64,000 nucleotides of DNA from Dehalococcoidia bacterium (GCA_965249185.1 CBDFLS010000002.1:2004368-2068367); one strand, 5' to 3'; positions 1 to 9,829 are shown, counted from the first letter of the stretch. Made by a program: numbers and translations. The notes: generated by a model from the letters alone, not told the origin.

Positions 1-65
1 CTTCGCGCGGCCAGCGCCGCCCGGAGTCCGGCGATGCCTCCGCCTATGACGAGGACGTCGTACAT
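1..65 (-). CDS. FAD/NAD(P)-binding oxidoreductase, first 21 codons only (gene runs off window start)
   Basis: Reverse strand reads ATG (65-63) MYDVLVIGGGIAGLRAALAAR, a GxGxxG dinucleotide-binding start preceded by GGAGAG RBS. Too short to assign a family. Confidence 0.4.
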   Translation of the reverse strand, partial: MYDVLVIGGGIAGLRAALAAR

Positions 66-251
66 GGTCTCTCCCAGGAGCTGGGACGCTCAACTTGGTG
101 GGGTACAAGCCCATGTTAGCACAGGCTCCTGGGGGCGCAAAGACGGTCTCCTTAAGTCCGCCACCCGATTTTGCACGGCATCCCGCCGCATGATGGGCAT
201 CCCCCCGCATGACAGCCCTCCCCCCGCATGACATAAGGGAACGCGCGTGGC

Positions 252-1688
252 ATGATGGTCTACGAATTCGTCCACGGAGTGCTCGCCATGACATCCCCCG
301 ACAGCGCCCCCCGCGACGCAGGCATCCCCGAAGGCCAGGCCCTCGACGCCGAGTTCCTCTTGGAGCGGGCCGAGGAGGCGCAGCGGCTGGTGGAGACTGG
401 CGATGCCCTCTCCGCCAGCTTGCTGCTCGCGCAGCTCCACCCTGCTGACCAGGGTGGACTGCTGTCCATGCTGCCCGACGCCGAGCGGCGGGTCCTCTTC
501 GGGGCCTTGGCGCCCGACGCCGCGGCGCGGGTGCTGGAGGAGCTGGACCCTGAAGATGCCGCCGCCGCGTTGGCGCACATCGAGCCGTCGATACGCTCGG
601 ACATCCTCGATGAGGTGAGCCCTGAGGTGGCGGCGGACGTGCTGCATCAGCTCTCCGAGGAGCGGGCCCAGGAGACCCTGCGGGAGATGGAGGAGGCGGA
701 AGATGTCATTCCGCTGCTTCAGTACCCCGACGACACGGCCGGCGGCTTGATGGCCCCCAATTTCCCCGTGGTGCTCGCCCATGGCACCGCCGCCACCGCC
801 CTGGACGTCCTCCGCCTGCGGACCGAGGTCTCCTTCGAATTCAACACGGTGTTCGTCGTCAACGATGAGGGGGCATTAGTGGGGCAGGTGGGCCTGATCT
901 CCCTGGCCCTCGCCCGGTCCCACATGCTGGTCCGGGAGAGCATGGACGCAAACGTCATCTCGACCGGAGTGGACACGGACCAGGAGGAGTGCGCGCGCCT
1001 CATGCGCCATTACGACCTGGCCCAGCTTCCCGTCACCGATGGCCAGGGACGCCTGGTCGGGGTGATCCCCGCCGACTATCTGGTCGAAGTGGTGGTGGAC
1101 GAGGACACGGAGGATATGCTCCAGGTCGCGGCCGTGGGTGGCGACCGTGTCACGGGCCCCCTGCGCCGGTCCATCCGGAGCCGGCTGCCGTGGCTTACCG
1201 TGAACCTGGGGACCACCTTCCTGGCCGCCGTGGTCATCGGGCTGTTTCAGTCCACCATAGCCGACGTGGTCATCCTGGCGGCCTTCCTGCCGGTGGTGGC
1301 GGGGCAGGGGGGCATCGGCGGCACCCAGACCATGACGCTGGTGGTGCGGAGCATCGCCCTCGGTGAGCTAGGGGGCGTCCGCGCACGCCAGCTCCTCACG
1401 AGGGAAGCGGTCCTGGGTCTGGTCCATGGCGTCGCGCTCGGTCTGCTGGTGGCGGTCGTGGCGCTGGCCTGGCGGCAGAACCTGGGCCTGGCGGTGGTGC
1501 TGGGCATCGCCATGCTCGGCAACATGGTGGTCGCCGGCCTGGTGGGCGCCAGCGTGCCCCTGCTGCTGCGGCGGCTGCGCCTGGACCCCGCCGTTTCGTC
1601 CGCCGTCGTCGTCACCACGTTCACCGATGTCGTGGGTTTCCTGCTCTTTTTGGGGCTGGCGACGGCCCTCATTGAGCTTCTGCTCTGA
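252..1688 (+). CDS. mgtE: Magnesium transporter MgtE
   Basis: Acidic MgtE_N-like N-terminus, tandem CBS region (VVNDEGALVGQV, LPVTDGQGRLVGVI) and C-terminal 5-TM MgtE channel domain (FLPVVAGQGGIGGTQT). Confidence 0.9.
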   Translation: MMVYEFVHGVLAMTSPDSAPRDAGIPEGQALDAEFLLERAEEAQRLVETGDALSASLLLAQLHPADQGGLLSMLPDAERRVLFGALAPDAAARVLEELDPEDAAAALAHIEPSIRSDILDEVSPEVAADVLHQLSEERAQETLREMEEAEDVIPLLQYPDDTAGGLMAPNFPVVLAHGTAATALDVLRLRTEVSFEFNTVFVVNDEGALVGQVGLISLALARSHMLVRESMDANVISTGVDTDQEECARLMRHYDLAQLPVTDGQGRLVGVIPADYLVEVVVDEDTEDMLQVAAVGGDRVTGPLRRSIRSRLPWLTVNLGTTFLAAVVIGLFQSTIADVVILAAFLPVVAGQGGIGGTQTMTLVVRSIALGELGGVRARQLLTREAVLGLVHGVALGLLVAVVALAWRQNLGLAVVLGIAMLGNMVVAGLVGASVPLLLRRLRLDPAVSSAVVVTTFTDVVGFLLFLGLATALIELLL

Positions 1689-1711
1689 GGCGGCGGTCCT
1701 TCTGCGAGCGC

Positions 1712-2953
1712 TCAGTTCCTGAGCATCGGGTAACGGAGGCGCATGAAGAGGATTACCGCCAGCCCGGTGGCGGTGAGCGCCGTCAGTCCTATCTGGGGTC
1801 CCAAGAGCTCGGAGAGGTAGCCTGCCGCAATCGTGCCCACGGGCTGGACTCCGATGCCGAAAACGATGGCGCCCATGGCCCGGCCCCGAAGCTCCGGAGG
1901 TGTCGACTCCAGGGCGATCAGCGGCTGCATGACCCCAAACCCCGCCATGAACACCCCAGCCGTCAGTAGCAGGACGAGCGAGAGCGGGTACCAGGGCGAG
2001 AGGGCGAAGCCCATGGCCGCGAGGAGCATGCCCATGGAGCCCAATGAAAAGAAGCTCCCCCTCTTCTTCACCGTCACCGAGGCGAGGATGACGGCACCGA
2101 TGAGCGCGCCCATGCCCACCGCCCCCGCCAGCAGCCCGTAGCGCACCTCGCTGGCGCCCAGGACGTCCCTGGCGACGACCGGTATCATGTACACCACCGG
2201 CCACCCGAAGACGTTGAAGGCAATGGTGAGCTGCACCGCCACCCGTATATTGGTGTTTGTCCTTATCAGATGGACCGCTCCCCACACGTAGGACGCCACG
2301 CTCTCGTGCCCCCCTTGGGGTGTGGCCTTCAACTGTCTCTGGATGGACAGCGTCAGCAGCAGCGCCAGGGCGCTCAGCAGGGCGATCCCCAGATAGGCCC
2401 CCGAGAAGTCCACATATCGGATCAGCACGGTGCCGAGCACCGGCCCCAGCATGTTGCTGCCCATCAGCAGGGCCGAGTCCAGGGATACGGCGTTGGTCAG
2501 CCCGGGCCCCTTGAAGATGTCGGCCAGGGTGGAGCGCCGCGCCGCGAAGTCCACCGACCAGCCGCACCCGGCGATGAACATGATGACGTAGGCGTGCCAC
2601 GGCTGCGCCCGGTCCAGGAAGAGCACGGTGGTCATGCCGGCGACGACCGTGAAGTTGAGCATCTGCGCGCCCACCATGGCCCGTTTCCTGGGGAACCGGT
2701 CGGCCAGGCTTCCGGACACCAGGCCCAGCAGGAACATGGGGGTCATGCGGCTTACGGCGACCAGCGCCACCATGGAGGCCGAGTCGGTTAGCTCCAGCAC
2801 CAGCCACGAGAGCACGGCCAGCTCCATGCCCCGGTAGGTGTAGTAGGTGGCGGAGACTGCCCACAGCCGGCGGAAGGTGGCATTCCGTAACGCGTCGAAG
2901 GTCCGGAGGCGGCGCCTCTGGGTCTGGGGCATGGCGTCGGGCAGCTCAGCCAA
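1712..2953 (-). CDS. MFS transporter, substrate unknown
   Basis: 413 aa with a 12-TM hydrophobic pattern and basic inter-helix loops typical of the major facilitator superfamily. Confidence 0.8.
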   Translation of the reverse strand: MAELPDAMPQTQRRRLRTFDALRNATFRRLWAVSATYYTYRGMELAVLSWLVLELTDSASMVALVAVSRMTPMFLLGLVSGSLADRFPRKRAMVGAQMLNFTVVAGMTTVLFLDRAQPWHAYVIMFIAGCGWSVDFAARRSTLADIFKGPGLTNAVSLDSALLMGSNMLGPVLGTVLIRYVDFSGAYLGIALLSALALLLTLSIQRQLKATPQGGHESVASYVWGAVHLIRTNTNIRVAVQLTIAFNVFGWPVVYMIPVVARDVLGASEVRYGLLAGAVGMGALIGAVILASVTVKKRGSFFSLGSMGMLLAAMGFALSPWYPLSLVLLLTAGVFMAGFGVMQPLIALESTPPELRGRAMGAIVFGIGVQPVGTIAAGYLSELLGPQIGLTALTATGLAVILFMRLRYPMLRN

Positions 2954-3105
2954 AGTGGCTCACAACGAGCGAGGATAACGACATTCTACTCGGTCGTCGG
3001 CGACCGGACGACGGCTGGCCTGGCGCGTGTATACTCCATCGGTGGTGGCGCATCGGAGTCAATGAGGGCCTACGCTCAAGCCAACACCGGTGGAGGGGAC
3101 AAAGC

Positions 3106-3543
3106 ATGGACCACGAGGACTATATGCGGCTTGCCATCGAGGAGGCGAAACGCTCCAAGCGAGACGGAGGCAAGCCTTTTGGCAGCCTGCTGGTGAAGGA
3201 TGGCCAGGTGGTCGCCCGCGCCCATAACCGGGCGCTCCAAGACAGCGATCCGACCTCCCATGCGGAGCTGAATGTGGTCCGCTCCTACTGCACCGAGAGC
3301 CGCGTCGCCGACCTGGAGGGCCATACCCTTTACGCAAGCTGTGAGCCCTGCGCCATGTGCGCGTCGGCCATCGTCTGGGCCAACGTCTCCACGGTGGTCT
3401 TCGGCGCCGACCACGCCGACATTCCGGGCGTCTCCACGGAGCCGCCGCACCTGTCCTGCCAAGAGGCCATACGCCGATTCGGAAAGCCCATCGAGGTGAT
3501 TCCCCACGTCCTGCGACGGGAGCGCGCCGCGCTCTTAGAGTAA
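3106..3543 (+). CDS. Nucleoside/nucleotide deaminase (CMP/dCMP zinc-deaminase fold; guanine or tRNA-adenosine deaminase-like)
   Basis: Zinc-binding signature HAE (SHAELNVV) and PCxxC (SCEPCAMCASAI); 145 aa. Confidence 0.85.
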   Translation: MDHEDYMRLAIEEAKRSKRDGGKPFGSLLVKDGQVVARAHNRALQDSDPTSHAELNVVRSYCTESRVADLEGHTLYASCEPCAMCASAIVWANVSTVVFGADHADIPGVSTEPPHLSCQEAIRRFGKPIEVIPHVLRRERAALLE

Positions 3544-3615
3544 GCCCTGGCCGGCGGGCCGGACAGCCGCGCCGGTGCGGGAGCCGCGGACCACTGGCGC
3601 TCAAGGCGCCGCCCC

Positions 3616-3686
3616 TATATTCAGAGGGCCCACGTCCACCGCCAGGGCCCGAGTGTAGGCCTCGGCAGCGCCCTTGGCAACGTTGT
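3616..3686 (-). pseudogene. 71-bp relic of an SDR gene (69/71 identical to 6714-6784 inside SDR gene 6489-7271)
   Basis: Base-by-base alignment gives only two mismatches (3634 g vs 6732 c; 3667 a vs 6765 g). The flanks are diverged, and the piece lies in the intergenic gap between the deaminase and amidohydrolase genes. Confidence 0.6.
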
Positions 3687-3822
3687 CGTGGGGCATTGGG
3701 GTTGCCGCTGGAGCGGTGGGCGGTTGGCCTGCTCAGGGGACGTGGGCGCAAAATTGACGTGGTAATGGCGTCATGCCATAGTGACCAAGCTCCATGCATT
3801 CCGGGCGCAAAGGACGAATAAC

Positions 3823-5079
3823 ATGTACTGGGTATACGACGCGGACAGCCATGTGGAAGAGGGAGAGATCGCCTTCTCGGACCGGTACTGGGACCAGCGG
3901 TACCGGGGCCGCAGGCCGATCGTAGTGGAGACCGACGCCATGGGGAATCTCTCATGGATGGTGGACTCCCACAGCTTTCCCCGGATCTCAGGCCGTGCGC
4001 CGGCCCATGCCGGAAACCCGAACAGCAGGAGTGGAGCGCCAACGGCCGACTTCCGGTCGCGGGTTGCTCACGCAGCGGGGCAGGGCATGGAGATCACGCT
4101 GGAGGGCATGGAGTTCCACTCCGCCGCCGCTCGTCTGGCCATAATGGACCAGGCCGGCATCGCGGTCCAGGTGAACTTCCCCACGCAACTGCTCATCTGG
4201 CCCTTCGCGCACGACCCCAAGATCGGCTGCGCGCTCGCTCGCTCCTACAATAACCATATGGCCGACATCGCCAGCCAGGCCCCCGACCGCCTCAAGTGGG
4301 TCGCCGTCATCGACCCAGCAGATATTCAGGAATCGGTCCGGGAGGTCCGCCGCTGCCGGGAGATGGGCTCAATCGGCCTGATGCTGCTGGGCACCTATGG
4401 CGACCGGCACCTGGACCACCCAAGCCTAGAGCCCATCTGGGCCACGGTGGCGGAGCTGGACATGCCGGTGGCCATCCACCCCGGCTTCTGCAACCCTGGG
4501 CTCGATAATCAGTACGCCAATGTCATAGCCGCCTTCACCGTTCCCTTCGTCTTTAGCCTGCTGATGGGCTTCTACGCGGTAATCCGTTCGGGGCTGCTGG
4601 ACCGCTATCCCAATATTCGGGTGGGCTTCATGGAGAACGGGGCCCGGTGGGTGGACTTTCTGACTATGCGCATCCACGAAAACTGCGGGCGGGCCACCGC
4701 CAGGACCTCCGAGCCCTTCGAGCACACGGTTATCGACGAGGCGGACGTAGGAGGGTCCTCCTACACGAGGCCTGGGATGACGGGCTACGAGGCGCTGCTG
4801 CTACCGGAGGAGTACATTAAACGGGGACAGATCTTCGTCAACTGCGAGGTGGACGAGAACCAGTTGCCCTTCATCGTGCACGAATATGGAGACGACTTCT
4901 TGATGTTCGCGGGCGACATGTGGCATGGCCACAACGTGCTGAACCCGGTCCAGCAGCTCCTGGACCGGCCGGAGCTCGGCGAAGAGACCAAGCGCAAGAT
5001 CCTCGTGGACAACGTCGCCCGTTTCTACGGGTTGCCCGTTCCTAAGAAGGTGCCGGAGCCGGCCCCGGCCGGGGGCTAG
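3823..5079 (+). CDS. Amidohydrolase-2 / ACMSD-like metal-dependent hydrolase
   Basis: N-terminal DADSHVEE metal-ligand motif and TIM-barrel amidohydrolase pattern. Start placed at ATG 3823 after AAGGA; the ORF opens at GTG 3781. Confidence 0.75.
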   Translation: MYWVYDADSHVEEGEIAFSDRYWDQRYRGRRPIVVETDAMGNLSWMVDSHSFPRISGRAPAHAGNPNSRSGAPTADFRSRVAHAAGQGMEITLEGMEFHSAAARLAIMDQAGIAVQVNFPTQLLIWPFAHDPKIGCALARSYNNHMADIASQAPDRLKWVAVIDPADIQESVREVRRCREMGSIGLMLLGTYGDRHLDHPSLEPIWATVAELDMPVAIHPGFCNPGLDNQYANVIAAFTVPFVFSLLMGFYAVIRSGLLDRYPNIRVGFMENGARWVDFLTMRIHENCGRATARTSEPFEHTVIDEADVGGSSYTRPGMTGYEALLLPEEYIKRGQIFVNCEVDENQLPFIVHEYGDDFLMFAGDMWHGHNVLNPVQQLLDRPELGEETKRKILVDNVARFYGLPVPKKVPEPAPAGG

Positions 5080-5150
5080 AAAGCGACTTGCGGGTGGATT
5101 CTGCGAGCGCTAGGGCCCAATCGGACCAGGCACACGACCAGGAGGACTGC

Positions 5151-6422
5151 TCAGGCCTGCGTCATCTCCTTGATCCGGGCCTCAGCCACCTTGCGTCCGG
5201 TGTCCCGTAGCAGCAGCCGGTCCTGCTTCTCCGTAGGCGCCGGAGGGATACGCAGCACCTTATCGTGGGCGCATGTGAGGATGGTTTTTCCCTCATCGAA
5301 CGTGACGCCTGGGGGGCTCTCGCCGCGCTGCACCGCCCGGATACCGTCCCTGATCTGGTTCCTCGTCTTGATAACCCCACGATCGGTGTAGGCCAGGTTC
5401 TCCAGGGCGTGAACGGCGATGGGCCGCTGGCTGATCTGCGCATCGTCGTCGCCTGGCGTACGCTGCCGCTCCTCATAGGGGCGTCCCCCTAGCTGACCGA
5501 AAATAACATCTCTTGCGGGCTCCACGCCATCGCGGACCGGGCGGACACCGAACCGGATGCAAGTCGTATCGTCCACGGGCACCGTCCACGCTACCCGCTC
5601 GGTGCGGCCCGGGTAGTCCCGTTTGAACCGTTCTTCAGCGCCGTGGTCAACGTCCGGGCCCGACGTGATGTTCGGGGGCAGGTAGTCGCCCACGCGGACC
5701 CATATCAGGTCCCCAGCTCTGCGCACGTCCACATCTATCAGGCCAAGGGGGCTCTCCAGGAACTCCCACTCGCTCGCTTGTGCGAAGTCCTCGGCGAACC
5801 CACGGTTGCCCTCGATGCTGTGAAGAAAGAGCAGGTGAGACGGGTCCCAGATGTTGTCGTGCATCTGGAGCCAGTTGCAGGGACGGGTGAAAGACGCGCC
5901 GGTCTCAAGATGGTAACCCGGCATGGTGTAGAAGTCGTACATGGGGAAAGCGGGCCTCCTGTCCGGCGGCCCCATGTAGGCAAACACGATCCCCGCGCAC
6001 TCATGGGTGGGGTACGCGCCGTGGTAGAGGCGGTCCTTCAGCGTGCTCTCCGCCGGCTCTCCGGGCGTCTCCAACACCTTGCCAGTCACGTCGTAGAGCC
6101 AGGCGTGATAGCAGCAGCGGATGCCCCGCTCCTCTATCTGGCCGAACTCCAGCGACGTGCCCCGGTGGGAGCAGTGGAGCTCCAGGAGGCCGGCCCGTCC
6201 GGAGCGGTCGCGGAACGCCACCAGGTCTTCGTTCATGATGCGGATGGCTTTGGGCAGGTCCTTCAGGTCCTCTGATAGGGCCACGGGCTGCCAGAAGCGG
6301 CGGAGCCACTCGCCGCCGGGCGTGCCGGGGCCGGCATGGGTGAGCTCCTCATCTTCCGGGGGCACGTCGCTGTGGAAATATCCGCTGTAGGGAGTAGTGA
6401 GAAACGGAACGTTCGTTGTCAT
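5151..6422 (-). CDS. Rieske [2Fe-2S] non-heme iron oxygenase, alpha-subunit type (paralog A)
   Basis: Rieske motif CSHRGTSL...CCYHAWLYD and a C-terminal catalytic domain with WDPSHLLFLH. ATG 6422 is preceded by AGGAG. No beta subunit is adjacent. Confidence 0.9.
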   Translation of the reverse strand: MTTNVPFLTTPYSGYFHSDVPPEDEELTHAGPGTPGGEWLRRFWQPVALSEDLKDLPKAIRIMNEDLVAFRDRSGRAGLLELHCSHRGTSLEFGQIEERGIRCCYHAWLYDVTGKVLETPGEPAESTLKDRLYHGAYPTHECAGIVFAYMGPPDRRPAFPMYDFYTMPGYHLETGASFTRPCNWLQMHDNIWDPSHLLFLHSIEGNRGFAEDFAQASEWEFLESPLGLIDVDVRRAGDLIWVRVGDYLPPNITSGPDVDHGAEERFKRDYPGRTERVAWTVPVDDTTCIRFGVRPVRDGVEPARDVIFGQLGGRPYEERQRTPGDDDAQISQRPIAVHALENLAYTDRGVIKTRNQIRDGIRAVQRGESPPGVTFDEGKTILTCAHDKVLRIPPAPTEKQDRLLLRDTGRKVAEARIKEMTQA

Positions 6423-6488
6423 ATCGCTCCTGCCTTCCACTTGAATCCGGCCCTCGCCCGGACGTTGTCGGAGACGCCGTTCGCGGCG

Positions 6489-7271
6489 CTATGTGAGCGT
6501 GCTGCCGCCGTCCACGGTCAGCATCTGGCCGGTGATGAAGCGGGCGGCGGGGGAAGCCAGGAAGACCACCGCATTGGCCACGTCGTCGGCCTGGCCCGCC
6601 GTCTTCAGCGGTTGACGGCTCATCATGTAAGGCTTGCTCACATCATTCCATCGTTTGGGGTCTACAGTCGTCATCGGCGTCTCGATCCAGCCCGGCCGCA
6701 CGCAGTTCACGCGTATATTCAGAGGGCCCACCTCCACCGCCAGGGCCCGAGTGTAGGCCTCGGCGGCGCCCTTGGCAACGTTGTAGGAGAGGCCCGATCT
6801 CGCCGATGAAGTGGCGTCGGGCAAGCTGCGGTGACTCGCCGCGATGGAGGACATGTTGACGATAGCCCCGCCGCCCTGGGCCTCCATGTGCGGGACCACC
6901 CGCTTGCACATCTGATAGATGCCGGTGATGGTGGTGTCCATCATCTGCTGCCAGGTGTCGGTGGGCTCGGACCACCCGCCCATCCCTCCCCCGATACCCG
7001 CGTTGTTGAAGACGATGTCGATGCGCCCGTAGCGGTCCACGGTGGCCCGGACGCACGCCTCGATCTGCGCCTCCTGGGAGACGTCGGTCTGGATGAATGC
7101 CGCTTCGCCTCCCGCCTCCACGATCTCCCGGACCACCCGGTGGCCGCGCTCCTGGTTGCGGGCGGCGATGACCACCCGGGCTCCCTGGTGGGCAAACAGC
7201 TTGGCCGTGGCGGCGCCGATGCCCGAGTTGCCGCCCGTGACGATGGCCACTTCGCCGTCGAACTGAGGCAT
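6489..7271 (-). CDS. SDR family oxidoreductase (paralog A)
   Basis: TGGNSGIGAATA Rossmann motif, NNAG, and catalytic YNVAKGAAEAY (YxxxK). Start at ATG 7271 (MPQFDGEVAIVTGG), not the upstream ORF opening. Confidence 0.9.
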   Translation of the reverse strand: MPQFDGEVAIVTGGNSGIGAATAKLFAHQGARVVIAARNQERGHRVVREIVEAGGEAAFIQTDVSQEAQIEACVRATVDRYGRIDIVFNNAGIGGGMGGWSEPTDTWQQMMDTTITGIYQMCKRVVPHMEAQGGGAIVNMSSIAASHRSLPDATSSARSGLSYNVAKGAAEAYTRALAVEVGPLNIRVNCVRPGWIETPMTTVDPKRWNDVSKPYMMSRQPLKTAGQADDVANAVVFLASPAARFITGQMLTVDGGSTLT

Positions 7272-7361
7272 GGCGTCCCTCCTCTGATTCAGCGGGGCGT
7301 AGAGCACCGGACCAGCCGGAGGATGTGAGCGGGCTGGCGCGGATGCCGGCGGGAGCAACAG

Positions 7362-7437
7362 TGGAGTCCCAGGCGGGATTCGAACCCGCGACCCGCTGCT
7401 TAGAAGGCAGCCGCTCTATCCCCTGAGCTACTGGGAC
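7362..7437 (-). tRNA. tRNA-Arg (anticodon TCT)
   Basis: Reverse complement GTCCCAGTAGCTCAGGGGATAGAGCGGCTGCCTTCTAAGCAGCGGGTCGCGGGTTCGAATCCCGCCTGGGACTCCA folds as a cloverleaf: 7-bp acceptor stem, GCGGG/CCCGC T-stem, anticodon loop CTTCTAA, encoded CCA. Confidence 0.9.
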
Positions 7438-7568
7438 ACGTAATGCTGGCTTCGACTATACTTTTCGCCTATAGGGTCGTCAAGCTGCGCGCCCGCAGCC
7501 CTGCCCGTTGCCCTGAACAGACCGTTTCCGCATCGGTCCCGTTTCTCCCTCAGTAAAAGGAGGACCTC

Positions 7569-8351
7569 ATGGCCCTTTCCACGCTGCGATACGACGCGGA
7601 GGATGGAATCGCTCTGATCACACTGGACCGGCCCGAGCGCCGCAACGCCATGGACCGCCAGCTTGTGCGTGAGCTTGGGGATGCGGTGGACCTGGTGGAG
7701 GGCGATGAGGGCGTGCGGGTGGCGATCATCACCGGCGAGGGCCGCGCCTTCTGTGCGGGCGCAGATATCAAGGAGCGGGCCGAGCACCCCGATGAGATGG
7801 AGGTGCAACGCAGCTCCCGGGTGTTGTCTCCCCTGTTCAGGCGGCTGGAGCGGCTTGGCAAGCTGTTCATCGCCGCAGTCAACGGCCCCGCCTTTGGTGG
7901 CGGCTGCGAGCTGGCCTTGGCCTGCGACCTGCGGGTGGCTGCCGCCGGGGCCACCTTCGCCTTGCCCGAGGTCCGGTTGGGCATCCTGCCAGGGGCTGGC
8001 GGCACCCAGCGCCTTCCCCGCCTCGTCGGGGCGGCCAGGGCCCTGGAGATGATGCTCATGGCCCGGACCATCACCGCGGACGAGGCCCTGGACTGGGGCC
8101 TGGTCAATCGCGTCGTCCCACCCGGCGAAGTGGTGCCCGAGGCCAGGCGTATTGCGGTCGAGCTGCTGGCCAAGGCCCCCCTCGCCCTGGGCGTGATCAA
8201 GCAGGCTGTCGGCGTGGCGTCGAGCACCGACCTGGACTCCGGCCTCCAGTACGAGCAGCGGTGCGCCGACATGCTCGCTCTGACCGAGGACCGGCGCGAG
8301 GGATATCAGGCCTTCGCGGAGAAGCGTCAGCCGGTGTTCCGGGGGCGCTAG
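7569..8351 (+). CDS. Enoyl-CoA hydratase/isomerase (crotonase family)
   Basis: Crotonase oxyanion-hole motifs AFCAGADIKE and AAVNGPAFGGGCELALACD; 260 aa; RBS AAGGAGGA upstream. Confidence 0.9.
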   Translation: MALSTLRYDAEDGIALITLDRPERRNAMDRQLVRELGDAVDLVEGDEGVRVAIITGEGRAFCAGADIKERAEHPDEMEVQRSSRVLSPLFRRLERLGKLFIAAVNGPAFGGGCELALACDLRVAAAGATFALPEVRLGILPGAGGTQRLPRLVGAARALEMMLMARTITADEALDWGLVNRVVPPGEVVPEARRIAVELLAKAPLALGVIKQAVGVASSTDLDSGLQYEQRCADMLALTEDRREGYQAFAEKRQPVFRGR

Positions 8352-8866
8352 CGGTCGGTGGAGGGGGCGGTGGACACCCTGTGGATGGTGAGCCGGCCCA
8401 GGCGCCATCGCGACATCTTCCGCACCCCCATGCCCGCTACATCCGGGGAGGTGGTGAAGTGGCGCTGCACCACCTTTCCCAGGGGCCGTGCCAGCACAAG
8501 GCCCACCACGGCGTTGGAGAATGCGCGAGACCAGCCGTCGGCGCCGCGGCCCCTGGAGTGAAGCGCCACGGCTACGCCCAGGGTGGCCAGGGCTCCTCCC
8601 ACCACCAGGTTGGTGCCGCAGAATGGGGACACGGCCAGCTCCACCTCGCCGGCCCGCAGGCGCTCCAGCGCATCGTGGACGGAGCGTTCCACCTCTTCGG
8701 TGGGGACGTCGCCGTAGATGAAAAAGCCTCCGGGGGTGGAGTTCCCGGCCAGGATGCCCTTAGCCATCCCCCGCTCGGCGAGCAGCGCGATGGTGGCGTG
8801 CTCCAGGCCGTGATTACGGCGCGTCCGCTCCCAGGACTCCATCGCGTGCTCCCTGATCGCTTCCAT
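8348..8866 (-). CDS. Conserved hypothetical protein
   Basis: 172-aa ORF with coding-like composition and a hydrophobic core segment (LVVGGALATLGVAVAL). I recognise no catalytic motif. Its stop overlaps the crotonase stop on a shared CTAG. Confidence 0.5.
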   Translation of the reverse strand: MEAIREHAMESWERTRRNHGLEHATIALLAERGMAKGILAGNSTPGGFFIYGDVPTEEVERSVHDALERLRAGEVELAVSPFCGTNLVVGGALATLGVAVALHSRGRGADGWSRAFSNAVVGLVLARPLGKVVQRHFTTSPDVAGMGVRKMSRWRLGRLTIHRVSTAPSTDR

Positions 8867-8916
8867 GGCCCTATTCTACTCCCCCCGTGAAAGCGTGGCC
8901 CTATACAAGGTGAGAC

Positions 8917-9429
8917 CTAGCTGACGCTCCGGAACAATTCCACTCCCGCCAGCGCGAGACCGGTGACGAGCCCCCCAGCTATACAGACTCCCACGGCGAT
9001 GGCGGGGAGCGCCCGGCGCAGGGGCACCCGGAACACCCGGACCGCCAGCGTGCCGGTCCAGACGCCGGTCAGAGGAAGGGGTATGGCCACCAGGAGCGCC
9101 ACGGCCAGCGCATCGTAGCGCCGGAACAGCGGGCCGAACTGCTCCTGGACTCGGCGTCTCCGCCAGCGCAGAAGGGCACCGGCGGGGTTCGGAAAGCTCT
9201 CCAGCCATCCGCCGAGCCGGTTCAGGCCCACCAGGATGAAAGGGACGGGGACCAGGTTGCCGGCGATGGAGAGCGCCAGCACCAGCGGCCAGGAGAGGTC
9301 GTACTTGACGATGCCAAGGGGAATAGACGCCCGTAGCTCCCCCAGGGGCGTCATGGCCGTCAGGAAGGTGATCAGCTCGTCGGACAAGGGTAAAGGAGCC
9401 CTCAACGGTGTCGTGTGGAGATGGGGCAC
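8917..9429 (-). CDS. Small multidrug-export-like membrane protein (COG2426 / Sm_multidrug_ex-like)
   Basis: GELRASIPLGI followed by GNLVPVPFIL, as I recall for this family; 4-5 TM segments. Confidence 0.6.
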   Translation of the reverse strand: MPHLHTTPLRAPLPLSDELITFLTAMTPLGELRASIPLGIVKYDLSWPLVLALSIAGNLVPVPFILVGLNRLGGWLESFPNPAGALLRWRRRRVQEQFGPLFRRYDALAVALLVAIPLPLTGVWTGTLAVRVFRVPLRRALPAIAVGVCIAGGLVTGLALAGVELFRSVS

Positions 9430-9533
9430 CGGTAGGATACCAGAAAGGGCCTGACGAGGGTGTTCTGAACATTTCCCGAACTATGGTTAGACGATTGACT
9501 AAATAAAGGCTAGTCGCACTTGTAGCCTATGAA

Positions 9534-9562
9534 TTGACAAATAATTGAGATATTGCTATTAT
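9534..9562 (+). promoter_or_regulatory. Sigma70-like promoter (TTGACA, 17-bp spacer, TATTAT)
   Basis: Hexamers at 9534-9539 and 9557-9562 with an exact 17-bp spacer, in an AT-rich gap about 40 nt upstream of ATG 9605. Confidence 0.55.
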
Positions 9563-9604
9563 TCCGACCATTCTACATAGTGTCGGTGCCGGAGGAGGGT
9601 TCGC

Positions 9605-9829
9605 ATGGCGCGAAAAACCCGTCTCATGCAGCAGGTCGAGGGGCGTTATCGTCAGCCCCTGGAGCGGCTCCTGCCACAGATGATTAATGAGCGTGGCCTC
9701 TCGGCCACTGCTCTGTATCTGGAAGTGAGCAAGGCCACTCTCGGCTACTGGCTGCTCAAGTTGGGCATCAACGTGCATCGCGTGGCGCTGGCCCCGGGGG
9801 AGTCCCTCGAGGTCAAGCGGGTCAGCTAG
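9605..9829 (+). CDS. Small helix-turn-helix protein (74 aa)
   Basis: GLSATALYLEVSKATLGYWLLKLGI looks like an HTH. GGAGGAGGG RBS and a strong promoter lie upstream. Confidence 0.55.
   Translation: MARKTRLMQQVEGRYRQPLERLLPQMINERGLSATALYLEVSKATLGYWLLKLGINVHRVALAPGESLEVKRVS

Noticed and set aside
1368-2864. Long antisense or alternative-frame ORFs typical of GC-rich DNA (also 7428-8408, 10730-11836, 20954-22210, 34631-35797, 38590-39729, 42128-43333, 43695-44966, 50998-52224, 57524-58726)
   Set aside because: Each overlaps a gene with clear family motifs on the other strand or frame. Their translations are low-complexity R/G/P/A/H-rich with no recognisable domains.
8348-8351. Shared CTAG giving overlapping stop codons of convergent genes as a regulatory feature
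   Set aside because: The palindromic CTAG naturally reads TAG on both strands. This is probably coincidental genome compaction.
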